Assembly (NCBI RefSeq): GCF_046119375.1
Contig: NW_027362771.1
Span: 559,736,001 to 559,800,000 of the forward strand
From: Phyllobates terribilis
Taxonomy: Eukaryota
Direction of reading: 5' to 3'
DNA: 64,000 nucleotides
The notes beneath the pieces were generated by a model. That model was not told the origin of the DNA, searched no databases, and was given only the letters and a program-made list of their open reading frames with translations. The translations under genes were made by a program, and so were the position numbers. Shown one piece after another: positions 23,784 through 36,800 of the stretch. Position 1 is the first letter of the stretch; the number at the start of each line of letters is the position of its first letter.

Positions 23784-24804
23784 TTAGACGGGTTTTTTTA
23801 AGCCACTTTTAATTTTTCTCCTGCTATATCCTCGTTCCATAAACCTTCTGGTCAAATCCTGTGCTTGTTTATGAAAAGTTTCTTCCTCAGTGCATATCCT
23901 TTTAATTTGCAGGAATTGTCCAGTTGGAATTCCCCTGATCGCTGAAGGTAAGTGGGATGAAGTCCCATGCAATAATGTGTTGGTAGAGGTTGACTTTCTT
24001 AAAACATCGGTAATGATCTGGCCGTTAGGGGAGGTTGTAATATGTAGATGTAGGAAGTCTAGAGTTCTACCAAATTGGAAAGTCAATTTGATATTCAGAT
24101 TGTTCTGGTTAAGATCATCCATCATAGTTGTTAATTGATCCACCGAACCTTCCCACAGGAACCAGATATCATCGATGTATCTCATCCACCCTTGTATGTG
24201 TTCAATTCCTTTTATATGGTCATTATGGAAGATTTTTCCCCATGCCCCCCCAAAAAAAATTTGCGTAGGCGGGGGCACATGATGCCCCCATTGCGGTCCC
24301 CTATCTTTGTAGAAAAATCTTTTTATTAAACACAAAGACATTGTGTTCTTCTAACACAAACTGAAGTAGTGTAATGATCAGTTGGGCTAATGGTTTTCCA
24401 AGGTTGCTTTCTTGGAGATATTGGGAATCCGCTTTTAGACTGTCCTGGTGTTTTATGGAGGAATATATGGCTTCTACGTCTCCTGTCACCATGACTGTAC
24501 CTTCATCTAGTTGTAGATGGTCTAGCCTTTTGAGGGCCTCTTTCGTATCTTGAATATACGAGGGGAGAGTACACACCAGAGGCTTTAAGTAGAAATAAAT
24601 TATTGTGCAAATGGTTTCACAAAGACCACCGTTCCCGGAGACCATTTGTCTCCACGGAGGATCAAGGTGAAGTTTTGGCAACAAGTAAGATGTTGGTAAC
24701 ATGGGATTTAAGCGTTTTATGGTATCAAGCATACTTTTGGGAATAACGTTTTTTTCATATGCTTTTTCCAAGATTTCTATCAGTTGGTTTTGGAATTGGT
24801 TCAA
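23784..24804 (-). mobile_element. Penelope-like retroelement reverse-transcriptase remnant, frameshifted
   Basis: Motifs LLPKLH, PSYIQDT, VTGDVEAIYSSI, a frameshifted GTAMG..AP, RYIDDIWFLW and the thumb region RKSTSTNTLLH...IPTGQF...RFMERGY; no GIY-YIG endonuclease visible. Confidence 0.82.
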
Positions 24805-26625
24805 AGGATCACCTGTGTGCAGTATAGCAAATCTGTCTGCAGATTTTCAAAATTCAAACAGAATACATTTAATAAATCTCAAAGACCTGATGAGTCTAGT
24901 GTACTTACTTTAAAAATCTAAGTCGGAATGGCTGTATATAATCCATTTTTAAAAATTTCCTTGCCTATATTAAAATAAGCATTTTAAGAGTCCAGCTCTA
25001 GCTAGTTGGGAATCGTTGTGGGACATCATCATTATAGATTATCAGAGGACAGGTGAAGATTTCTTTTATTAACCAAAAAATAAAACCAGTAAAAGAGGGT
25101 CAGGGAATATTTATTTCTGTTAAAGGACTTTTCTTTGTGTGTCTTTATTTATTTTGACAACGGGGTTAGTAATGGGGGTGTCTGATAGACACCTCTCCAT
25201 TACTAACCCCTGTGCTTGATGTCAGCTGACATCAACCTCAAAACCATTACCCCACTTGCCAACACACCAGGGCAAGTGGGAAGGGCCGAGGCTAAGCACC
25301 AGAATTGCAGCATCTAATGGATGCACCATTTCTGGGGCGGCTGAGGGCTGATGTTATTAGTCCGGGAAGGGGTCAATATCCATGGCCCCTTCTCAGGCTA
25401 TTACTATCAACCCACAACTGTTTAGCCTTTGCCGGTTATTAAAATTAGGGGGACCCCATGTCATTTTGTTTTGGGGTCCCCCCTTTAATAACCAGTAATG
25501 ACTAAGCAAACAGCTGTGAGCTGTTATTAATAGGCTGGGAATCTTTATGGATATTGGCCCCTTCCAAGAATATTAACACTAGCGCCCAGCTGTTGGCTTT
25601 CCCTCAGCTGGTTAGGAAAATTTAGGGGGTCCACATGCCGTTTTTTTTCCAATTTATTTAATTCGTGCAATACACAAACTGCGGGTGCTGACTCCAACTC
25701 TCATCAGCATCATGCTGATCACAGGGAGAGTAGGCGACAATGATGACAGTAGGATTCAGCGCCCGAAGCTTGGAAACAGCGCTAAATGTACAGCTTTTCC
25801 CAGGCGCCAGTACGTGTCACACTGATGGCACAAGGATTTCATCCGTGTGTCATCAGTGTGCACATGTGCAGGACGTATTGCGCCCTTCGCTGGTGGCAAA
25901 AAAACGGACATGTCAACATGTTTTGTATACGGACACACGGTCTGTACGGACACACGGTCTGTGTGAACACACTGACGTGTGCAGCCCCATAGATTTGAAC
26001 GGGTCTACGTGTGTCTCCAGTATGTGTGAAAACTGTCACCACACGTACTGGAGACATGTGCAGGAGGTCTAAAGTACGCGGAAGTCATTAAAATTCGTGC
26101 CCTAGGTGTGATTCTTGGTGCTGGAACACTCAGCATTGACATGTTAGTACTCACTGTTAACCTGTAATACCAAACTCAACCATTGAAAAACGGCGGTGCT
26201 ATTGCAGAAATTTCTTTTTCTAATCTTGGAGATTCATTATTGCAGACCCCATACGTTTAACATGTTTCACGTAGTCCATGATGTGTAGACAACTGGTTCT
26301 CCCACTCTGTTGTCGTCTCGAGATCTAAATTTGCTGTATGCCTAATGAGGAGTCTGGCTTTGCCATTCTTTTCAATGCAGTTAACTAAGAATACTATACC
26401 AATATATGTATACGGACCAGAAAGTATTCCAAAATGAAAACCTGCCATGATGCGCAGCATTCAAGAATCCATTTTTTGGATGCAAGAAACGGACCTCCAA
26501 CGTTCAAATAACTGAACTTAGATCACCATAGGACACTTACATGATCCAAGTTCTGGTATGATAAATCCCTGCTTAGAAAGTCTGTGAGGCCCTTATTAAT
26601 ACACATATTGGTTTGTTATTTCAGG

Positions 26626-26769
26626 ATGAGCCACCGTGGGACACCATGTTTCCTCCTTATACTTGTTCTCCTCTTGTCTGATCATATGACTTATTCTCAG
26701 CATTGGTCATATGGGCTGCAGCCAGGAGGGAAGCGCGACTTAGAAACACTCCAGGACTCCTATCCAGAG
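26626..26769 (+). CDS. GNRH1: GNRH1 first coding exon (signal peptide, decapeptide at 26698-26727, GKR)
   Basis: atttcag|G ATG AGC...CCA GAG|GTAATA. Confidence 0.96.
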
Positions 26770-29463
26770 GTAATAACAAATGGGATCAAAAGTCACCCCC
26801 TCCCCCCCATACTTATGATGTGTATGGGGGCCTTATCAAGACCAGAACTTTTATCTCGCTAGTGACCATGTTTGCAAATTAGCTCTCCTCCCGGAGGAGA
26901 GTTTGGTCCCTAATGCCATCTATTGGAAGTCGATACCCTATAATTGTCCATAATCAGTGTAGAATAGTGTAAGGATGGCTTTCTGAGATGTGTTTGATGA
27001 TGGTCTAGATCAGGGGTCTCAAACACGCGGCCCGCGGGCCGCATGCGGCCCCTGAGGCTGCTTTATGCGGCCCGCAGGCACAGACCCCTTGATGATCCCG
27101 ACCTGGTCCAGGAGGAGCCGCCGACAGCAGCGCTGCATTGCCGCACAGAGACTGTTTCCCAGCACTGCATTTCCAATGACAGCCGCTGACCAATCAGAGG
27201 CCAGCAGCTGATATCTGCGTGTCGGCGCAGTGAGTATGATGTCATTGCCGTACGCTGATGTCAGCTGCTGGCCTCTGATTGGCCGGCGGCTGACATTGAA
27301 AATGCTGTGCTGGGAGACAGTCTCTGTGCGGCAATGCAGCGCTGCTGTCGGCGGCTCCTCCTGGACCAGGTCGGGATCGTCAAGGGGTCTGACTCTGTGG
27401 TGCCTGCGGGACACATCTGCAGGAAGGCCGCCGAGGGAACGGAGGACAGGTGAGAATCATCTTTTTTTTTTTTATGTGTGTGAAGAACAGCACAGGGGGC
27501 ACATAGCCACAGGACGGGGACCTGGATGGGGCACATAGCCAAAAGATGGGGACCTGGATGGGGCACATAGCCTCAAGAGGGGGACCTGGATGGGGCACAT
27601 AGCCACAAGATGGGGACCTGGATGGGGCACATAGCCTCAAGAGGGGGACCTGGATGGGGCACATAGCCACAAGATGTGGACCTGGATGGGGCACAGAGCC
27701 ACAAGATGGGGACCTGGATGGGGCACATAGCCACAAGAGGGGACCTGGATGGGGCACATAGTCACAAGAAGGGGACCTGGATGGGCACATACCCACAAGA
27801 TGTGGACCTGGATGGGGCACATAGCCACAAGATGTGGACCTGGATGGGGCACATAGCCACAGGATGGGGACCTGGATGGGGCACATAGCCACAGGATGGG
27901 GACCTGGTTGGGGCACATTAGTACAAGATGGGGACATTACTACAAGATGTTTGCCATTATTACTATATGATGCTAATTGTAAGACAATATTACTGAATGT
28001 GGCCAATTGGGGGAAACAAAATTGTAAAAATCAAAAAAATAAAAATAAAGCCTGAAAAAATATTGGGCACTAAAAATGCTGTTTTATATGTAAACTAAAG
28101 TAAACACAAAAAAGTGCACGTTTATTATCGCCACATCCATAACGACCCAAGCTATAAAAAAATAAACATGGCAAAACTGTTCAAAAGGTGTATACAAAAA
28201 AAAATGGTATCACTAAAAATGTCACATTGAACAAAAAATGCGGCCCCCCAAATTCAAATTTTTTCCATTTGCGGCCCATATACCCAGCCGAGTTTGAGAC
28301 CCCTGGTCTAGATGGTCTTATAAGCTTTGCATTGCTCCCTGTGAAAAGAATGTAATAGCTTTCCTCCAGGAGGAAAAATACATCTCATGAGTGGAGTACT
28401 AGACAGGTTTTCACCACTCAATTGCAAAGAGGATGGCATCAGTCAAAGCTAAACCCCCTTTCTCCAAGGACACCATAGCAGTTGAATAGTCTGGGGGTTC
28501 ATATGTCTATATTTTTTAATTTTACTATTTACATTTATTTGATTTTACAAATTTTCTCTTGACTTTATATATAGACTATGCTAAGCTTCCATAAAAATAA
28601 ACTATTAGAAATAGTATATAACTACTTGATACAGTGTTAGCGCTGGTTATGCAATTTGTAGCGCAAGAGGTTTATAATTATAACCTACTTCAGAATGGCT
28701 GTAACTTACCAGTGAAGACCTTGTGTGCAAAAGAAAAAAAAAAGTGGCCTAAGTGTAGACCCCATGGCCAGTCCTGCCCTATTCTCAGTATTATCCATAA
28801 AAAAGTGCAATACAATATATATTACTTGTAATACATAGATAGGCTCAGTTTTTGTATCCATTGACATGACTTTATCCATCTAGACTAGAGCATGGGCTGT
28901 CTTTGTTCATTTCTTAGACTCAGAATGAAGTTTCCTTGTTCACAGAGCCAAAGCGTCTTGAGTGTTTCCTGCCACAAAACAGACTTAGCATCATGAGGGG
29001 AGCTTTGGTGAGTTGGGGAAAAGATTCCCAGCCCTGTGAAAAAAACCATCTTACCATATAGCATACTTATTAGTGATAATACTTGCATTTATTACATACT
29101 CTTTTTCACTGTATCAGTGGTAACCTTCCAGCTTGTTTGCGCAACTAGGCTTATTGTGGTACCGTTTTGGCTTTTAATTCTTTAATTAGTATGGTGATAT
29201 TTAGATAAAACACACAACACAAGGGGAGCTCAAAGGAACTTTAAAAGGTGGCCATGCTGGGGATGGTTTTAGCTTAGACTGGAGTTGTGTTGCAATAAAG
29301 AAACTGATGGATTGGCAAAGTAGTATAAAAGCCAAAAGTTACATGCATTTTATAGATTTCATCCATTGGGATGTAATTACACAGTACATATTTGAACTTT
29401 ATGGTATTTTTTGACTTACAGATGAATTGGCTGGAGGGAGAAAATGGCAGAAAGAAGATGTGA
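26626..29463 (+). CDS. GNRH1: Progonadoliberin-1 (prepro-GnRH1), 91 aa; coding exons 26626-26769, 28918-29007, 29422-29463
   Basis: 24-aa signal peptide, [13 protein letters not shown] processing site, then GAP ([11 protein letters not shown]|[30 protein letters not shown]|[13 protein letters not shown]). Lies between KCTD9 and DOCK5, the conserved GNRH1 position. Confidence 0.96.
27011..28305. mobile_element. Non-autonomous hAT-type element in the GNRH1 intron after the decapeptide exon
   Basis: TIRs CAGGGGTCTCAAAC / GTTTGAGACCCCTG; perfect 8-bp TSD GTCTAGAT at 27003-27010 and 28306-28313. Confidence 0.92.
27495..27915. repeat. 32-bp minisatellite, about 13 copies, inside the hAT element
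   Basis: Unit GGGGCACATAGCCACAAGATGGGGACCTGGAT; CCTGGAT recurs at 27521, 27553, 27585, 27617. Confidence 0.92.
28918..29007 (+). CDS. GNRH1: GNRH1 GAP middle exon
   Basis: ttcttag|ACT CAG AAT...GCT TTG|GTGAGT; 90 nt. Confidence 0.92.
29422..29463 (+). CDS. GNRH1: GNRH1 terminal coding exon
   Basis: ttacag|[16 protein letters not shown]; resembles the amphibian GAP C-terminus. Confidence 0.92.
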   Translation: MNWLEGENGRKKM

Positions 29464-29495
29464 AGAGATCCCACATTTCATAGCAGATATGATGT

Positions 29496-29501
29496 AATAA
29501 A
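29496..29501 (+). terminator. GNRH1 polyadenylation signal
   Basis: AATAAA 33 nt after the stop codon. Confidence 0.65.
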
Positions 29502-30136
29502 GTACAAGCTGTGATTACTGTGAATCATGTCGTAATAAGGAGTATAGCTATAGGAGGTGCTGGAGAAAAAAAGCACACAAAGGCCCCTCTGCCCCATGAG
29601 ACACCAGTATTATAAATGACATGTGGTCAGTGTCGGACTGGGGTGGCAAGGGCCCACCAGTGACCAACTCCAGGGCCCAACTTTTCAGCTACATGCTAAT
29701 GTGACATTATCCTCAGTCACAAATGTTTATAACAATGAACTGGATAGATTGTTAAATGAATAAGATGCTGCCTTTGTCTTTACATTGATTCAAGTAGTGG
29801 CCCACCGGAGGAATCTCCTGTTCTCCTTTGGGCCAGTCCAAGCCTGCATGTGGTATGTGGGTCCCTGTTACTTTTGTATTGGGGTCCAGGATCTTGAAGT
29901 TACACATCTGGTTATATACTGTATGACCACAGAACTGGATGATGTTTTAATATTACCAGCAATGGTCCTTATATAGTCACTGAGGTATCCCCAAACTTTG
30001 CATACATCAATAATTTGTTATATACTTTATCAGATAAATCAGCATCTTTCTCCACTTATGAGCCACCTTCTAATCCCACCCCTCGTGAAATCACCATCCA
30101 CTCTAATAAAACAGCTCACATCAATCTTGGACAAGC

Positions 30137-30428
30137 CAGCACAGTGAGGAGTCAGGTTACACCTCTTATGTAGGGAGGTGAGAGGAACAAATCAGCACAG
30201 TGAGGAGTCAGGTTACACCGCTTATGTATAAAAGGTGAGAGGAACAATCAGCACAGTGAGGAGTCAGGTTACACCGCTTATGTATAAAAGGTGAGAGGAA
30301 CAATCAGCACAGTGAGGAGTCAGGTTACACCTCTTATGTATAAAAGGTGAGAGGAACAATCAGCACAGTGAGGAGTCAGGTTACACCTCTTATGTATAAA
30401 AGGTGAGAGGAACAATCAGCACAGTGAG
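30137..30428. repeat. 56-bp tandem repeat, about 5 copies
   Basis: CAGCACAGTGAGGAGTCAGGTTACAC...GAGAGGAACAAT starts at 30137, 30193, 30249, 30305, 30361, 30417. Confidence 0.95.
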
Positions 30429-30881
30429 AGACCAGACAGACTGTGTGCAAATTGCCTCTTCAGAGAGGATGAAGTCTTGAACTCAAGCACCACTGATTGG
30501 AAGTAACAATCCTAAAAGTCAATATCGACTCTTTAACGAGCCTTGCCACATGACTTGGGATAAAATCCAAAGCAGAATCTCTATTTGCAGACACGTTTCA
30601 GGATGATGCCCCTCCTCAGTGCAAAACAGGAGCTCTGATTGGGCTGTGCGAGAGACCTCTGACTGGGGTCTAAGGGGTAATGTCTCTCTTTAAGGAGCCC
30701 TCCTATATATGGGGGTCCTCAGAAATGGAGACAGGTGACAAAGTAGTGGTGGGCAGACATATTTGCTTTGAATAACATTATGATCAGCCTCTCTTCAGCC
30801 TGAAATGGATGAAAACAGAGAATAATAGTCTTTTCCAATTTAGATAACCATATATTACATTTAGCATAAATATAATGTATA

Positions 30882-33800
30882 CACTGTGTGCAGAATTATT
30901 GGCTCAGTGAGTATTTTGACCGTATCATAATTTTTACGCAGATTTTCCAGCTTCGAGCTGTATAAAGGTGAATGATTATTTGATGGCGCTGACCAGGTGA
31001 TGTGTAATGAGGGGGTGCAGACTAAGGATACAACGCCCTTTATCCAGGGGTGCAGGATTGTTAGGCAGCTTCTTTTCCTCAGGCAAAATGGGCCAAAAGA
31101 TCTAACCGAGTCTGAAAAGTCACAAATTGTTACAAGTCGTACAGAGGATGCAGCACTCTAGAAACTCCTCCGATATTGGGGCGATCACAGAACCAGCAAA
31201 CGCTTTGCTACAAATAGTCAAAAGGAAGCAAAAAATGTGCTGAGAAATAAAGACGCAGATTATATCCCCAAATATCTGAGAAGAATCAAACGTGAAGCAA
31301 CAAGGAAGCCATTATCCTCCAGAGCTGAATATTCCATAACTACAGCCTCCCTGGAGGCCAGAAGTACAAGATGGTCAGTGCTCAGAGACACGGCCGAGGT
31401 GAGGAGGCTGAGCCCGACCACCACTGAGCAAGACACAGAAGTACAAGGTGTTCAGTGCTCAGAGACACGGCCGAGGTGAGGAGGCTGAGCCCGACCACCA
31501 CTAAGCAAGACACAGAAGTACAAGGTGTTCAGTGCTCAGAGACATGGCCGAGGTGAGGAGGCTGAGCCCGACCACCACTGAGCAAGACACAGAAATACAA
31601 GGTGTTCAGTGCTCAGAGACACGGCCGAGGTGAGGAGGCTGAGCCCGACCACCACTGAGCAAGACACAGAAGTACAAGGTGTTCAGTGCTCACAGACACG
31701 GCTGAGGTGAGGAGGCTGAGCCCGACCACCACTGAGCAAGACACAGAAGTACAAGGTGTTCAGTGCTCAGAGACACGGCCGAGGTGAGGAGGCTGAGCCC
31801 GACCACCACTGAGCAAGACACAGAAGTACAAGGTGTTCAGTGCTCACAGACACGGCTGAGGTGAGGAGGCTGAGCCCGACCACCACTGAGCAAGACACAG
31901 AAGTACAAGGTGTTCAGTGCTCAGAGACACGGCCGAGGTGAGGAGGCTGAGCCCGACCACCACTGAGCAAGACACAGAAGTACAAGGTGTTCAGTGCTCA
32001 CAGACACGGCTGAGGTGAGGAGGCTGAGCCCGACCACCACTGAGCAAGACACAGAAATACAAGGTGTTCAGTGCTCAGAGACACAGCTGAGGTGAGGAGG
32101 CTGAGCCCGACCACCACTGAGCAAGACACAGAAGTACAAGGTGTTCAGTGCTCACAGACACGGCTGAGGTGAGGAGGCTGAGCCCGACCACCACTGAGCA
32201 AGACACAGAAGTACAAGGTGTTCAGTGCTCAGAGACACGGCCGAGGTGAGGAGGCTGAGCCCGACCACCACTGAGCAAGACACAGAAGTACAAGGTGTTC
32301 AGTGCTCAGAGACACGGCCGAGGTGAGGAGGCTGAGCCCGACCACCACTGAACAAGACACAGAAGTACAAGGTGTTCAGTGCTCAGAGACACGGCCGAGG
32401 TGAGGAGGCTGAGCCCGACCACCACTGAGCAAGACACAGAAGTACAAGGTGTTCAGTGTTCAGAGACACAGCTGAGGTGAGGAGGCTGAGCCCGACCACC
32501 ACTGAGCAAGACACAGAAGTACAAGGTGTTCAGTGCTCAGAGACACAGCCGAGGTGAGGAGGCTGAGCCCGACCACCACTGAGCAAGACACAGAAGTACA
32601 AGGTGTTCAGTGCTCAGAGACACGGCCGAGGTGAGGAGGCTGAGCCCGACCACCACTGAACAAGACACAGAAGTACAAGGTGTTCAGTGCTCAGAGACAC
32701 GGCTGAGGTGAGGAGGCTGAGCCCGACCACCACTGAGCAAGACACAGAAGTACAAGGTGTTCAGTGCTCAGAGACACGGCCGAGGTGAGGAGGCTGAGCC
32801 CGACCACCACTGAGCAAGACACAGAAGTACAAGGTGTTCAGTGCTCAGAGACACGGCCGAGGTGAGGAGGCTGAACCCGACCACCACTGAGCAAGACACA
32901 GAAGTACCAGGTGTTCAGTGCTCAGAGACACGGCCGAGGTGAGGAGGCTGAGCCCGACCACCACTGAGCAAGACACAGAAGTACAAGGTGTTCAGTGCTC
33001 AGAGACACGGCCGAGGTGAGGAAGCTGAGCCCGACCACCACTGAGGAAGACACAGAAGTATAAGGTGTTCAGTGCTCAGAGACATGGCCGAGGTGAGGAG
33101 GCTGAGCCCGACCACCACTGAGCAAGACACAGAAGTACAAGGTGTTCAGTGCTCAGAGACACGGCCGAGGTGAGGAAGCTGAGCCCGACCACCACTGAGG
33201 AAGACACAGAAGTATAAGGTGTTCAGTGCTCAGAGACATGGCCGAGGTGAGGAGGCTGAGCCCGACCACCACGGAGCAAGACACAGAAGTACAAGGTGTT
33301 CAGTGCTCAGAGACACGGCCGAGGTGAGGAGGCTGAGCCCGACCACCACTGAGCAAGACACAGAAGTACAAGGTGTTCAGTGCTCAGAGACACGGCCGAG
33401 GTGAGGAGGCTGAGCCCGACCACCACTGAGCAAGACACAGAAGTACAAGGTGTTCAGTGCTCAGAGACACGGCCGAGGTGAGGAGGCTGAGCCCGACCAC
33501 CACTGAGCAAGACACAGAAGTACAAGGTGTTCAGTGCTCAGAGACACGGCTGAGGTGAGGAGGCTGAGCCCGACCACCACTGAGCAAGACACAGAAGTAC
33601 AAGGTGTTCAGTGCTCAGAGACACGGCTGAGGTGAAGAGGCTGAGCCCGACCACCACTGAGCAAGACACAGAAGTACAAGGGGTTCAGTGCTCAGAGACA
33701 TGGCTGAGGTGAGGAGGCTGAGCCCGACCACCACTGAGCAAGACACAGAAGTACAAGGTGTTCAGTGCTCAGAGACACGGCCGAGGTGAGGAGGCTGAGC

Positions 33801-36800
33801 CCGACCACCACTGAACAAGACACAGAAGAACAAGGGGTTCAGTGCTCAGAGACACGGCCGAGGTGAGGAGGCTGAGCCCGACCACCACTGAACAAGACAC
33901 AGAAGTACAAGGTGTTCAGTGCTCAGAGACATGGCCGAGGTGAGGAGGCTGAGCCCGACCACCACTGAGCAAGACACAGAAGTACAAGGTGTTCAGTGCT
34001 CAGAGACATGGCCGAGGTGAGGAGGCTGAGCCCGACCACCACTGAGCAAGACACAGAAGTACAAGGTGTTCAGTGCTCAGAGACACGGCCGAGGTGAGGA
34101 GGCTGAGCCCGACCACCACTGAGCAAGACACAGAAGTACAAGGTGTTCAGTGCTCAGAGACACGGCCGAGGTGAGGAGGCTGAGCCCGACCACCACTGAG
34201 CAAAACACAGAAGTACAAGGTGTTCAGTGCTCAGAGACACGGCCGAGGTGAGGAGGCTGAGCCCGACCACCACTGAGCAAGACACATTAGTACAAGGTGT
34301 TCAGTACTCAGAGACATGGCCGAGGTGAGGAGGCTGAGCCCGACCACCACTGAGCAAGACACAGAAGTACAAGGTGTTCAGTGCTCAGAGACACGGCCGA
34401 GGTGAAGAGGCTGAGCCCGACCACCACTGAACAAGACACAGAAGTACAAGGTGTTCAGTGCTCAGAGACACGGCCGAGGTGAGGAGGCTGAGCCCGACCA
34501 CCACTGAGCAAGACACAGAAGTACAAGGTGTTCAGTGCTCAGACACGGCCGAGGTGAGGAGGCTGAGCCCGACCACCACTGAGCAAGACACAGAAGTACA
34601 AGGTGTTCAGTGCTCAAAGACACGACCAAGGTGAGGAGGCTGAGCCCGACCACCACTGAGCAAGACACAGAAGTACAAGGTGTTCAGAGACACGGCCGAA
34701 GTGAGGAGGCTGAGCCCGACCACCACTGAGCAAGACACAGAAGTACAAGGTGTTCAGTGCTCAGAGACATGGCCGAGGTGAGGAGGCTGAGCCCGACCAC
34801 CACTGAGCAAGACACAGAAGTACAAGGTGTTCAGTGCTCAGAGACACAGCCGAGGTGAGGAGGCTGAGCCCGACCACCACTGAGCAAGACACAGAAGTAC
34901 AAGGTGCTCAGAGACATGGCCGAGGTGAGGAAAACTGAACCCGACCACCACTGAGCAAGACACAGAAGTACAAGGTGCTCAGTGCTCAGAGACACAGCCG
35001 AGGTGAGGAGGCTGAGCCCGACCACCACTGAGCAAGACACAGAAGTACAAGGTGCTCAGAGACATGGCCGAGGTGAGGAAAACTGAACCCGACCACCACT
35101 GAGCAAGACACAGAAGTACAAGGTGTTCAGTGCTCAGAGACACAGCCGAGGTGCTGAGGCTGAGCCCGACCACCACTGAGGAAGACACAGAAGTACAAGG
35201 TGTTCAGTGCTCAGAGACACGGCCGAGGTGCTGAGGCTGAGCCCGACCACCACTGAGGAAGACACAGAAGTACAAGGTGTTCAGTGCTCAGAGACACGGC
35301 CGAGGTGAGGAGGCTGAGCCCGACCACCACTGAGCAAGACACAGAAGCACAAGGTGTTCAGTGCTCAGAGACACGGCTGAGGTGAGGAGGCTGAGCCCGA
35401 CCACCACTGAGCAAGACACAGAAGTACAAGGTGTTCAGTGCTCAGAGACACGGCTGAGGTGAGGAGGCTGAGCCCGACCACCACTGAGCAAGACACAGAA
35501 GAACAAGGTGTTCAGTGCTCAGAGACATGGCCGAGGTGAGGAGGCTGAGCCCGACCACCACTGAACAAGATACAGAAGTACAAGGTGTTTAGTGCTCAGA
35601 GACACGGCCGAGGTGAGGAGGCTGAGCCCGACCACCACTGAACAAGTCACAGAAGTACAAGGTGTTTAGTGCTCAGAGACACGGCCGAGGTGAGGAGGCT
35701 GAACCCGACCACCACTGAGCAAGACACAGAAGTACAAGGTGTTCAGTGCTCAGAGACACGGCCGAGGTGAGGAGGCTAAACCCGACCACCACTGAGCAAG
35801 ACACGGAACTACAAGGTGTTCAGTGCTCAGAGACACGGCTGAGGTGAGGAGGCTGAGCCCGACCACCACTGAACAAGTCACAGAAGTACAAGGTGTTTAG
35901 TGCTCAGAGACACGGCTGAGGTGAGGAGGCTGAGCCCGACCACCACTGAGCAAGACACAGAAGAACAAGGTGTTCAGTGCTCAGAGACATGGTCGAGGTG
36001 AGGAGGCTGAGCCCGACCACCACTGAGCAAGACACAGAAGTACAAGGTGTTCAGTGCTCAGAGACACGGCTGAGGTGAGGAGGCTGAAATCCGACCACCA
36101 CTGAGCAAGACACAGAAGTACAAGGTGTTCAGTGCTCAGAGACATGGTCGAGGTGAGGAGGCTGAGCCCGACCACCACTGAGCAAGACACAGAAGTACAA
36201 GGTGTTCAGTGCTCAGAGACACGGCCGAGGTGAGGAGGCTGAGCCCGACCACCACTGAGCAAGACACAGAAGAACAAGGTGTTCAGTGCTCAGAGACATG
36301 GTCGAGGTGAGGAGGCTGAGCCCGACCACCACTGAGCAAGACACAGAAGTACAAGGTGTTCAGTGCTCAGAGACATGGCCGAGGTGAGGAGGCTGAGCCC
36401 GACCACCGCTGAGCAAGACACAGAAGTACAAGGTGTTCAGTGCTCAGAGACACGACCAAGGTGAGGAGGCTGAATCCGACCACCACTGAGCAAGACACGG
36501 AAGTACAAGGTGTTCAGTGCTCAGAGACATGGTCGAGGTGAGGAGGCTGAGCCCGACCACCACTGAGCAAGACACAGAAGTACAAGGTGTTCAATGCTCA
36601 GAGACACGGCCGAGGTGAGGAGGCTGAGCCCGACCACCACTGAGCAAGACACAGAAGTACAAGGTGTTCAGTGCTCAGAGACATGGTTGAGGTGAGGAGG
36701 CTGAGCCCGACCACCACTGAGCAAGACACAGAAGAACAAGGTGTTCAGTGCTCAGAGACATGGTCGAGGTGAGGAGGCTGAGCCCGACCACCACTGAGCA

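Noticed and set aside
27380-28006. 208-aa Pro/Cys-rich ORF
   Set aside because: It is a translation of the 32-bp minisatellite inside the hAT element.
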